From contig JABHGM010000001.1 in the NCBI GenBank assembly GCA_018672055.1, forward strand, positions 72,884 to 136,883: a stretch of 64,000 nucleotides of DNA, given 5' to 3'. Shown here one piece after another: positions 20,001 to 28,888 of the stretch. The DNA is from a bacterium (GTDB lineage: Bacteria; Patescibacteriota; Patescibacteriia; UBA1558; UBA10009). The notes beneath the pieces are model-generated. The model was not told the DNA's origin, did not search any database, and saw nothing but the letters and a program-made list of their open reading frames with translations. The position numbers and the translations under genes are program-made. The first letter of the stretch is position 1, and every line of letters starts with the position of its first letter.

Positions 20001-23000
20001 CTTTAGAATACCCTGATAAATTACGTATTCTTTCAACACCTTCAGGATTACCATTTAGATCTAAAAAGTTATATGTTTGTTCTGAATAATCTATACTGGT
20101 TTCTAATTTCAGGCAGTTATCCGGATTATTTGGATCAATCTTTGAACATCTGCCAATATCTAAACAAACCGACGTTGTAACTCCAAATTCATCTTGAACT
20201 TCTATCGAAGAAGTACAGAATAAAGTTTCAGAACATTCTCTGTCTTTAGCAACTTGAATAACTGTATTTGAATTACAATATGCTGAGTCAGAAAAATTAG
20301 TTAAACAACTTTCAGGAACTGTAGGCACATTACCATCTAAAGTTTGTTTAGAGCTATGAGAAATACTAGCTACACTTGTATCATTAAATGGTACACATCC
20401 AGATCCTCTGTCTACAATACCATCGTCGCAATATTCTACTGTATTTGCTTTAGTATAGTATGCTTGGCAAGCAATTGAATAAGTACAGCTACTAGAACCA
20501 GCCGGAGCATAACAAACAGTACTATCTTCTACTTTACAATATTCACCTTCAGTATTTGATATATCATCATCTAAGAAGCAAGTCCAATCATTTTCAGTAT
20601 AAGGGCATGGAATAATACCAAAATCATCACCTGGTAAATCTATAGCTTCGCAAACAAAATGATCAACTCCATTAATATTCTTTTGACAGTAAGTTTTCCC
20701 ATTTAAAGTAATATATTCTTCACTAGCTTCATCCCCACAAACACCCTTCATTTGAGGTGAAATTAAAGCATCACATTGCTGAACGCCATCAATATAAGGA
20801 TTCTCTGGATCTCTGTATTCAGTACAAGAAGAAGCGTAACTTTCACATGTGCCAACCCAACCTTCATAGCCTTCTTGATCAGAGCTTGGCATAAATTTAG
20901 ATGAGCTACATAAATCACCGGAAGAATTAAGCCATTTAGCTTGATTTAAATTATAGGTACAAGTTCTGTCAAAACCATCTTCACTTAAAGCTATTGGATC
21001 GAAATAATAATTCTGACCAGTAAAGTCTCCATTAAACTCTGTACAATAAAGAGCGCTCTCGCTACAAAGCTGTCTTGGATATTCATCAGGATCATTAATT
21101 AAATAAGAAGTATTAAAATCAGTAATATAATTTTCTAAATATGTTTCATAATCACCACCACTATAGTATTCGTTCTGTCTGTCTAAAACAGGTACCCCAA
21201 CCAAAGAGCAACCTTTTTCTGAACACTCTTTACTTGGATCATTAACGATGTATACGATTTCATCATTTTTAACTGTTATATTTTCATAACTACATGAAAA
21301 TTCTCCATCTTGAATTATACATTTCTCAACACCTCTTATACTACAAACATTATCTTCAACAATACCAACAGAACTATTACATAAAGCAGTAAAGACTTCT
21401 TCTTTTTGTTGTGAAGAGTTATGTGTATCTATAAATGCTTCACAACTAATATTATTCGGAGAACAAATATAGTCAAAAGATTTTAAATAATGTATCTCGT
21501 TGTCCCTGTCAGTATATTCTTGGCAATTAAGCTGAGTTCCAACAGTTGGTAAGTCACATATTGCTGGTGTATTCCAAGAATCTTTAACCATGAAAAATTT
21601 ATCACTATATTCTTCCAAAACAATTTCATCAATTACATAAGCCTCTCCTGAACCAATATTATTTATAGCAATACGTATAGTTGGATCTTGAATATTATTA
21701 TTTATTTGTATTGGACCTACTCTATATTCCTGCCAGTTAGAACCTATATCATTGAGTTCAAAATTAACATAATTGGAATAATCAGTATTGTCTACTATAT
21801 ATTTTTGCGAATCAAAAGGAATGCTCATAGCCCAGAAAGTAAGTTCATATTGTTTATTTTCAGAAAAGTTAATTCCATTCAATGTCTTAATTATTGAATT
21901 ATTATCAGTAGCAACAAATAATGAATGCTCACCTACATAAACAGTAGTATTTACATTTGAAAGTCCTTGATTACTATTATCAGTATTATTAAAATCTCCA
22001 ATTGAACCATCTTCAAAGCCATCTTCAAAAACATTAAATATATTATTACCACCACCACCTTTATATTCCTTACATTGATTAGCTAGAGCTGGACAACTTA
22101 CACCTTCAAATGGATCAGCATTAAATATCTGACCTGTTGAAGTTCTTCTATATGGATGACACTCTGAAGAAGCAGTAATAACATATCTTTGATCAATATA
22201 ATATGGATCACCTGAAGAAGTAATAAACTCACGGCAATTTAAATTACCTTCAGGACATGAACTTGACCAGGCTTCAATAGTTTCAGCTGTATCATCGCAA
22301 GTTTGATCAAAATTATTAGAATCATCTGATAAGTTTAAATGTGTACAAGGAGCGCCTGCGAATACACCTCCTGTAATATTATTATTTAACAACTGCCATT
22401 TCTTTAATTGAAAACCTGTAGTATCTGAACCTTCCCAAGTAAAATATGAGCTTATATTAGGACTTGCTTCAGATACACATTGTCTTAAGTATGAAAAATA
22501 TTCTAAACCTTCACCACCACTTGAAACCTCATCTAAATTAGTAAATTGTTCACAACCAACATGCTGGGCACTACATGATTTACCAGTTGATGGTATAAAA
22601 TTTTGAAATGATGACTCAAAAGTAGCATCTTCGATCTCTTCAAAATAAGTACCTAGTTCTAAAAAGTTTTCATAACCAACACATTGATTACTACAAATAT
22701 CTCCACTTGATAATTTTGCTGGAACCTCACTACCACCTAAAACCGGTGTATAGCCTTCACAACCAACGTCTGCTTGAGAACAATAATTTACATACTGGTC
22801 ACATTCAGGATTATCTGAGCTACAATCTAAATATTCAGGTTGCACTTTTAGACGGGTTGATGAATGAGCAGTAGTATCACTATATGCTGGAATATATTGA
22901 TCTGAATCAATACTATAACCTTCTGTATTATCCTCTACAATAGGTGATCTGAGTATTACTAATTGTATATCATCTAACTTAGTATTAGATGACGAACCTG

Positions 23001-25467
23001 AATTTAAACTAAAATCTAATTTAATAAACTTTGATGAAACAGCTAAGCTATTATTTGTTGCTGAGCCAATTTCATATTCTTTAGTAGTAAAATCATCTGA
23101 TACAGTAATAGCACCTGATGATAAATCAGTTGAACCATTAGATGAGCCTGGTTGACCACTAGCTAAAGCTACATATTCAGTTATTGATAAAGTAGATGTA
23201 ACTTCTTGATCTGACTTTATCTTGTAACTTACATGATATGCATATTCTGAACTAACTGGTATATAACCAGAATTAAATAATTGACAACTAGCGCCAGATA
23301 TATTCATCTGACCAGCTTCAACATTAAATAGACATTGATTGCCTGTTTCCCAGCCTGAAGATATACCAAAAGCGAAATTACCATTTTCAACTAAATTAAT
23401 ACCTGGCTTTAAAAGAATTAATTCCCGACAACCAGCATTACTTGGTGAGCATTGAGAAGCTTGATTATTTAAATATATACGATCAGTTTTTGACCACTCA
23501 TCTGCTACTTTATTTGTAGAATACCAAGAACATCCGGCCTCGCTCTGATCACATTCAAGTAAAGTATCCCTTAAATATGAAACACTTGTGTTAGTAGTAA
23601 CATTAGTAAAAGTTTCACATGAGTTATAATAATCTTCACATGATTCACCTTCAAATCTCCAAACTGATTTTTCTTCTACACAATAACCATAATTTTTACA
23701 GCTACCATCATCATTGTATGAAATACAACTCTTCCAATCACCACAATAATCCCCAGCTCTTATTACAGTTCTAACTGGAATATCAGGAAATTCTGCACCA
23801 GCATCACAATACGGAGTTTCGATTGGAGAATTATCTATATTAGTACCTACTACATTATTTTCTGAACACTGTATTTCATCTTGATATAGCTCAGTGCCAA
23901 AACCTTGTTTTTCACAATAAGTTTTAGGTGATTTCAAAACCCAATTTGGATCAACTAAATGATAGAATGGATTAAAATCAAAAACAAAAGATTCATCTAA
24001 ATCACCCTCTTCAAATAATCTATCTTCTGTATTAGGCCTCTGCCCATTACTATTTGTATCTTCTCTACAATCTTTTGGATAATGAGCATCATTAGGGTGT
24101 AGCGGATCTTCAAAACAATCAATTAAATAACTTAAATTAATAGTGTCTTTCTCACCGTACCTAGAATTGTACATAGCTGCTAATTCCCAACCAACAGGTA
24201 TTATTCTATGAGTTCTAAGGATTACTAAACTCCTGTATGGCAAACCTTCTCTATAGCTTGGCTGAGTTGTTTTATCACTATTAAAACCAAAGACAGCATC
24301 TTTGTTAATATCACCATCATTTATTGCTTGAATTAATGTCTTATTACCTCTAATTGCTCCAGCCATGCCATTAGTAATTACCTCAGCTGTAGGTCCTGCT
24401 ATATCTGTTATCTTAGGTAAAACTAATTTATCAATAACACTTACCTCACCAGATGTAAAACTTACTTCAGCTAATTCACCAAATTGTTTTTGTCCTCCAC
24501 CGCTATACCTACCCCCAGATCTAACTATAAAATTAGCAAAAGAAGTAACTCTGCTACCACTATCAAAACCTTTCTTAAATAGAGTATCCATCCACTTAGA
24601 CATTAAAGTGTTAGTGAAAGTTGATAAGAAAGCATCAACAATTTCACCAGTATAAGTAAGTTCTACTTCGCCTGTTTTTTCATCAACAGATCTAAAATGA
24701 TTACCTAGTAATACAGCAGGTGTTTTAATAGTTCTAGTTATAGGAGAAGTAATATCTTTTAAACCTTGATTAACAGTTCGTTCTAAAGCAGCATTAACTC
24801 TAGCTTCTTCTTGCTCTTCCAAAATATTTGTTTGTAAAGTTAAATAAATACCTAAATCATTTTGTTCTGGTTGAAACTGCGCTTTAATACCTGAAGTGAA
24901 TTGACTTGGATCTTCACCAACATCTCTAATCCATTGATCCCAATTATCCTTAATCTCTGACCATTTACATCGTGCTTTCGGTATATTAGTTCCTTCACCA
25001 GTTGTGGAACCAGGTCCCAATTCTCTAAATAATGAATAGTGAATATTAAATTTAACAGTAGGTCCTTGTAATCCTGCTGGATTACAAACATCAAAATCAG
25101 TCCAATCCTGAGTTAGCTCATCCATAAATGTGCCAAGAGCAGCATCACCAGCTGCACTGGTAGCATCTTGAAAATTCTTGCCTTCAAATAGAGGTTCTTG
25201 TCCTCTACCACCAGTAGCAATGTATGTTGCAGTATCATAGGCAACCTGACTTAAAAATACTTTAGCACCTTGCTTAAAAGCAGTACCAATAGCTGATTCT
25301 TTAAACCATTCAGCAAATTTTTGGACACTTTCTACAGTTCTTTGAGCAAAAGCAGGAAAATCAGTTACAGCTTGAGCTCTTGGAACATTACTAAAAATAA
25401 AAACTCCTAAAAATAAGATTAAAACACTTAGGAGTATAAATTTTTGAAATAATGTTTTTTTCATCAT
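17062..25467 (-). CDS. Giant (2801 aa) secreted Cys-rich acidic surface protein with CBM4/9-like domains
   Basis: Signal peptide ending RAQA; numerous Cys; three N-x-x-F-E/F-E-D-G-F-E-type beta-sandwich starts; short Cys repeats near the C-terminus. Confidence 0.85.
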   Translation of the reverse strand: MMKKTLFQKFILLSVLILFLGVFIFSNVPRAQAVTDFPAFAQRTVESVQKFAEWFKESAIGTAFKQGAKVFLSQVAYDTATYIATGGRGQEPLFEGKNFQDATSAAGDAALGTFMDELTQDWTDFDVCNPAGLQGPTVKFNIHYSLFRELGPGSTTGEGTNIPKARCKWSEIKDNWDQWIRDVGEDPSQFTSGIKAQFQPEQNDLGIYLTLQTNILEEQEEARVNAALERTVNQGLKDITSPITRTIKTPAVLLGNHFRSVDEKTGEVELTYTGEIVDAFLSTFTNTLMSKWMDTLFKKGFDSGSRVTSFANFIVRSGGRYSGGGQKQFGELAEVSFTSGEVSVIDKLVLPKITDIAGPTAEVITNGMAGAIRGNKTLIQAINDGDINKDAVFGFNSDKTTQPSYREGLPYRSLVILRTHRIIPVGWELAAMYNSRYGEKDTINLSYLIDCFEDPLHPNDAHYPKDCREDTNSNGQRPNTEDRLFEEGDLDESFVFDFNPFYHLVDPNWVLKSPKTYCEKQGFGTELYQDEIQCSENNVVGTNIDNSPIETPYCDAGAEFPDIPVRTVIRAGDYCGDWKSCISYNDDGSCKNYGYCVEEKSVWRFEGESCEDYYNSCETFTNVTTNTSVSYLRDTLLECDQSEAGCSWYSTNKVADEWSKTDRIYLNNQASQCSPSNAGCRELILLKPGINLVENGNFAFGISSGWETGNQCLFNVEAGQMNISGASCQLFNSGYIPVSSEYAYHVSYKIKSDQEVTSTLSITEYVALASGQPGSSNGSTDLSSGAITVSDDFTTKEYEIGSATNNSLAVSSKFIKLDFSLNSGSSSNTKLDDIQLVILRSPIVEDNTEGYSIDSDQYIPAYSDTTAHSSTRLKVQPEYLDCSSDNPECDQYVNYCSQADVGCEGYTPVLGGSEVPAKLSSGDICSNQCVGYENFLELGTYFEEIEDATFESSFQNFIPSTGKSCSAQHVGCEQFTNLDEVSSGGEGLEYFSYLRQCVSEASPNISSYFTWEGSDTTGFQLKKWQLLNNNITGGVFAGAPCTHLNLSDDSNNFDQTCDDTAETIEAWSSSCPEGNLNCREFITSSGDPYYIDQRYVITASSECHPYRRTSTGQIFNADPFEGVSCPALANQCKEYKGGGGNNIFNVFEDGFEDGSIGDFNNTDNSNQGLSNVNTTVYVGEHSLFVATDNNSIIKTLNGINFSENKQYELTFWAMSIPFDSQKYIVDNTDYSNYVNFELNDIGSNWQEYRVGPIQINNNIQDPTIRIAINNIGSGEAYVIDEIVLEEYSDKFFMVKDSWNTPAICDLPTVGTQLNCQEYTDRDNEIHYLKSFDYICSPNNISCEAFIDTHNSSQQKEEVFTALCNSSVGIVEDNVCSIRGVEKCIIQDGEFSCSYENITVKNDEIVYIVNDPSKECSEKGCSLVGVPVLDRQNEYYSGGDYETYLENYITDFNTSYLINDPDEYPRQLCSESALYCTEFNGDFTGQNYYFDPIALSEDGFDRTCTYNLNQAKWLNSSGDLCSSSKFMPSSDQEGYEGWVGTCESYASSCTEYRDPENPYIDGVQQCDALISPQMKGVCGDEASEEYITLNGKTYCQKNINGVDHFVCEAIDLPGDDFGIIPCPYTENDWTCFLDDDISNTEGEYCKVEDSTVCYAPAGSSSCTYSIACQAYYTKANTVEYCDDGIVDRGSGCVPFNDTSVASISHSSKQTLDGNVPTVPESCLTNFSDSAYCNSNTVIQVAKDRECSETLFCTSSIEVQDEFGVTTSVCLDIGRCSKIDPNNPDNCLKLETSIDYSEQTYNFLDLNGNPEGVERIRNLSGYSKAGLIWNTDKVIAGYYPPELMLETGRSVAISNSSFELIDSVSGLSSWQFGEEEYCNYGIENNNLNVYDGTYSLSVDLSQSVVGEDGNFNCSVVNQSQISIDPNMQYNLSFYAKSSNGSQKIKVGLTWLDGSGDELSNSLEIFTPNVNWQRFLISYEPSESNSEIIIPDGAVAARITIDAPTTEESGGTGLVWFDKFSIEPGLFVSDDKLLTKDCRLYPTDNAPSCNYSDLKQYNGWHGYCLEYDPNNQEACIQWYPVDNISGESLISLGDSATSYYTGPMPLYYCLESTSHYKETIYNGNQCWNWGSNMQCGYDGFEWSTEYIEVSNEEHEWYYPGEDYTSFYTDGDNQEIWNIKRSDIHKIEARTISNGGDKQFPNPGETFTLLEWSDDNSLFFAYCRNSVETDPDKWNNEDGSCDSSGEERVGVKVKFDINGNIEEIEHYGHDDDGDGNNQDTWGYQLIFHLKESCSYLVKTVKDTSESGQKEKAWFTRYNNNWDFDEGNEMGYMKSNMVEDSYLYGSVSEPSAGDPYSWNSIDNPAVPLNIHSGSNSNIPNGSYEPEIFARGGLPFSTYTGHSVSNRECLGGFNEGNTCINSSECEDDSGADLSGICIGVGDYCYNSANISNGQACNASIECFDSKYPTCRKPILATNRMCYTDSTSGVTNNQICATDLDCPQVQEYNTCSEIQSSNNGVLYCLNASGETEYTECADSEDNADNDICTEDGELDYVTCGNLTDTSSFLCTNADGNTNNTSCDIANGNQDCLNQTLYPVCLGEPLELADVLRDRVLNLFAEVYGVYKWEDGHYEDVTDDFDDADGKISVVEEEGVAPQVTNIELNDSSGVITLTAPGGAVNLSFNTIMGNPDQLPIEEILIKWNDGPSPSDIQSFSGPINNRPQESSPHKVKHVYSCVTNTEGDRCSKCWDTNIENWIDADDGICYYSGPTISVKDHWGWCSSGIYGNERCDLGSSPQFNGQIQIIPR

Positions 25468-25468
25468 G

Positions 25469-26275
25469 TTATTGATTTAACAATGTTTGAGTTTCGCCTA
25501 AAGCTTCTTGCCAAATTAAAGTTAATTCTTCATCAGTTAATTGATTCACTTCCTCTGGATTAATACCTTGATCTATTAAAACCTGCTTTATTTCATCTGG
25601 ACTCAAATCCATACTATAACCAGAAATTAAGTTTGAAAACTGATCACCTTGATCAATACTACCAAGTGTTTGTTCAAAAGTTTCACGTAAAGTTCTGTCA
25701 TCAAGTGAAGCTACTTGTTCAGGTGACGCTCCTTGTTGAATGAGCAAAGCTCTAAGCTCTTCATTGGTTAAATTCGTTAAATCTTCAGATAAAGTTTCTT
25801 CTGAAGCAACCGGCGAACTACAAACAGCTCCTCTTGGACAATTTGGATCATAACCATTAGTAATTTCCTCAGAATCATTAAAACCATCGGAGTCAGTATC
25901 TTCTAAATAAGGTGATGTATTATATAAATAAAGCTCATCATAATCTGATAAACCATCAAAATCAGTATCTTGAACTTGCAGTTGAACTAAATCTTGAACA
26001 TCATCACTAACTTCACCAGTAACAGCAATTTTATCTGTATCATTAATTAAAAATGGCAGCTTTATACTATTTGCCCATTGCATGGCTGAAGCAACTACAG
26101 CTATGAGTGCAAAAACTGCCAGCAAAAGGAAGATTCCAACTGGTTTTTTTTCTTCTTTTTTTTCAATAATTTGAGGTTCTAAAAAAGAAATATCATCACT
26201 GTGCTTATCCTGATTTTCATCAAAATCTGCACGATAATTTTCTGTATTTTCGGGCATAAAATTAGTCAATTTCAT
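25469..26275 (-). CDS. Membrane-anchored protein with bacterial TSP3-like Ca-binding repeats
   Basis: One TM segment, then DTDFDGLSDYDE...TSPYLEDTDSDGFNDSEE. Confidence 0.8.
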   Translation of the reverse strand: MKLTNFMPENTENYRADFDENQDKHSDDISFLEPQIIEKKEEKKPVGIFLLLAVFALIAVVASAMQWANSIKLPFLINDTDKIAVTGEVSDDVQDLVQLQVQDTDFDGLSDYDELYLYNTSPYLEDTDSDGFNDSEEITNGYDPNCPRGAVCSSPVASEETLSEDLTNLTNEELRALLIQQGASPEQVASLDDRTLRETFEQTLGSIDQGDQFSNLISGYSMDLSPDEIKQVLIDQGINPEEVNQLTDEELTLIWQEALGETQTLLNQ

Positions 26276-26296
26276 AACTAATTATATCAGAATTTG

Positions 26297-27142
26297 CTAC
26301 TTATCGTCAATAAATAACTCTTGATAACTTTTAGCTAATTTTAGCCAATCACCTATCTTTAAATCCTGAGCCCTAATTTTTTTACTGAGACATGATTTAT
26401 TAAAAATCTTACTAGTTAATTCATCACTTACATGTAAGCTATTCTTAATATTATTATGTAATTGTTTTCGTTTTGCACTAAAACCAGATTTAACAACTTG
26501 CCAAAAAACTTTCTCTGAAACTATATCTTCAAATTCATACTTTCTGATATTTTTTATATGTAAAATAGCCGAATCAATCTTAGGTACTGGATAAAAACTA
26601 TCTTTTTGTACAATTTCTTCTATTGTAGGATCGCCATAAAGTTGAATGGAAATAGCCAATAAACTCATACTTCCAGGTTTAGCTACTATTCTTTCAGCTA
26701 CTTCTTTTTGAATTAAAACAGTAATAGTAGTAGGTTTTAACTCTAAGTTCAAAAAGATTTTAAAAAATCTTGAAGTAATACTATATGGTAAATTAGCAAC
26801 TATCTTGTAATCAGTAGATTTTAAATCATTTAGATCAAGTTTTAAAATATCTTTATTTATTATCTCTAGATTATTATGAAGTTTAGCAAATTCATTCAAA
26901 GGTTTAATTAAATTAGTATCAAGTTCAACTGCTACAACTCTTTTTACTTTCTTAAGAAGCTCTAATGTTAGAAAGCCAAAACCAGGACCTGCTTCTAAAA
27001 CTAAATCATCTTTCTCTAACTGAGCCACTTCAACCATTCTATCTAAAACATTTTGATCAATACAAAAATTCTGTCCTTTTAATTTATTAGGTCTTACATG
27101 ATTTACTTTTAATAAGTAATCTAATTCATCGAGTAAACTCAT
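26297..27142 (-). CDS. rsmA: 16S rRNA adenine dimethyltransferase
   Basis: GQNF, EAGPGFGFLT, VANLPYSI, QKEVAERI and FYPVPKIDS motifs. Confidence 0.95.
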   Translation of the reverse strand: MSLLDELDYLLKVNHVRPNKLKGQNFCIDQNVLDRMVEVAQLEKDDLVLEAGPGFGFLTLELLKKVKRVVAVELDTNLIKPLNEFAKLHNNLEIINKDILKLDLNDLKSTDYKIVANLPYSITSRFFKIFLNLELKPTTITVLIQKEVAERIVAKPGSMSLLAISIQLYGDPTIEEIVQKDSFYPVPKIDSAILHIKNIRKYEFEDIVSEKVFWQVVKSGFSAKRKQLHNNIKNSLHVSDELTSKIFNKSCLSKKIRAQDLKIGDWLKLAKSYQELFIDDK

Positions 27143-27717
27143 AATTTAATTGCTCCTCTTCTTAATATTTTAAGCTTGTTATCTACAGAAACGATTGTAG
27201 AAACTTTTGATTTCTTAAGTGACCCTGCATCAATAATTAAATCAGGTTTAATCCTATTATTCTTAAATTGTTTAATAATATCATCTACTTTAAAACAATT
27301 AGTTTTTCCAGAAATATTAGCACTAGTTGATATTATAGGGACTTTAAGTTTTTTAACTAAAGACAGAGTAAATTTATTTGAAGTTTTTCTTAAAGCTAAA
27401 GTCTTTCCTTGTTTAGTCTCTAAAACTAAAGTTAAAGGTCCTGGCCAATACTTACGAGCTAATTTTAAGGCTAATTTATTAAATTTAACATATTCTTTAG
27501 CCATACTAAGACTACTAACGATAATTGGTAATTCTTTACTAGATCCCCTGCCCTTTATCTTATATATCTTATTTGTAGCTTTTTTATTTAAAAAATCAGC
27601 CCCTAATGCGTAAGCTGTTTCAGTAGGATAAACTATAACCCCACCTTTTTTTAAAATAGAAATAGCTTGTTTAATTATTTCCGCTTGATTGTTCTTATCT
27701 AATACTAGCCTTTTCAT
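27139..27717 (-). CDS. tsaC: L-threonylcarbamoyladenylate synthase (YrdC/Sua5)
   Basis: YPTETAYAL, KGR, WPGPLT and STSANISG motifs. Confidence 0.93.
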   Translation of the reverse strand: MKRLVLDKNNQAEIIKQAISILKKGGVIVYPTETAYALGADFLNKKATNKIYKIKGRGSSKELPIIVSSLSMAKEYVKFNKLALKLARKYWPGPLTLVLETKQGKTLALRKTSNKFTLSLVKKLKVPIISTSANISGKTNCFKVDDIIKQFKNNRIKPDLIIDAGSLKKSKVSTIVSVDNKLKILRRGAIKL

Positions 27718-28888
27718 GTAAACTATTTTTAGGAAGTAAATTAACTAATAATGAAGCCATAGCAGCTAAGAAGAAGGCAACATTAATTGAGACAAAATTA
27801 AGCATTATTAATATTAAAATCATAATAATTACTCTGCCAGTTTGTAAATACATTTCACGAAGGGTTGAATACTCATCGACAAAATGACCAGCATCTGCAG
27901 CTTTTTCATACATAAGTGCATCAAAAGGAGTTCTAAGAATTATTAAGGCAAAGTTATGATAAGTAGAGGCTAAAAATATATGAAAAGCTGAGGTAATAAA
28001 TATTTTTACAATCCAGCCAAAAGAATATAATATAGAACCAATTTTCATTAATTTTCTCTTGCTAAATTTATCAGTAAAATCACCCATGACTAGCCTGACA
28101 ACAACAGCAACTAAAGTAACAAGTGAAGCAATAAGACCAACTGATAAATACTCACCATTTAAAAGTTGCCACATAAAGATAGGCCATAAAACAGCTCCAA
28201 CAAAATTCTCTGCTCCATCACCCATATAGGCTATCATCATTTTACGATTATCTTTCTTAAAAAATTCTTTCCAACATTGTTTATGAGACCAAGTAAATTT
28301 TACATTGATTTTTGGTACAAAAAGGAGTGGTATAATACCAACTAATATTAAAATAATTACAATAATAAATACCATTTGAAAACCAAATGATTTAATAAGT
28401 AGAGCAGAAACAAATGGAATAATAATACCAAGTAGTGAAGTAAATGAATCTAGAATACTAATTTGTTTACCTCTATTTTTTTTATCTGATAACTTAGTAA
28501 ATTCAGTATGATATGGTACCCAATAAAGCATCCTGTATACAGTAATAAAAAGAAGAGACAAAACTGTAAATACAACAATATCAGTTTCAAAAAAGTATAA
28601 ACTAGCGAAATAACCAGCTAGAAATGGAAAGGCCCAAATAATAGAATTGCGTATTCCAATATAATTCATAAATATAGCACCAGGAGTAGCTGTAAATATG
28701 TATAAACCAAAAGATATTAAATAATATACAATAACTTTTTCTAAACTTTGATATTGAATTAACAAATAAACTGGTAAAAATAATCCTACAAAACCACCAG
28801 CAATTAGTAATATAGATCGTGAGGTATATAAAGAAGCTAAACCAGGAGGTAATAAATGACCTTTCTTATAATCCTCTATTATTTTCAT
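27695..28888 (-). CDS. MFS transporter
   Basis: About 12 TM segments; GDFTDKFSKRK motif A-like loop. Confidence 0.85.
   Translation of the reverse strand: MKIIEDYKKGHLLPPGLASLYTSRSILLIAGGFVGLFLPVYLLIQYQSLEKVIVYYLISFGLYIFTATPGAIFMNYIGIRNSIIWAFPFLAGYFASLYFFETDIVVFTVLSLLFITVYRMLYWVPYHTEFTKLSDKKNRGKQISILDSFTSLLGIIIPFVSALLIKSFGFQMVFIIVIILILVGIIPLLFVPKINVKFTWSHKQCWKEFFKKDNRKMMIAYMGDGAENFVGAVLWPIFMWQLLNGEYLSVGLIASLVTLVAVVVRLVMGDFTDKFSKRKLMKIGSILYSFGWIVKIFITSAFHIFLASTYHNFALIILRTPFDALMYEKAADAGHFVDEYSTLREMYLQTGRVIIMILILIMLNFVSINVAFFLAAMASLLVNLLPKNSLHEKASIR

Noticed and set aside
17062-25467. Diversity-generating retroelement target
   Set aside because: No reverse transcriptase is present and no near-identical TR/VR pair differing at adenines was noticed by eye; a self-alignment would be decisive.
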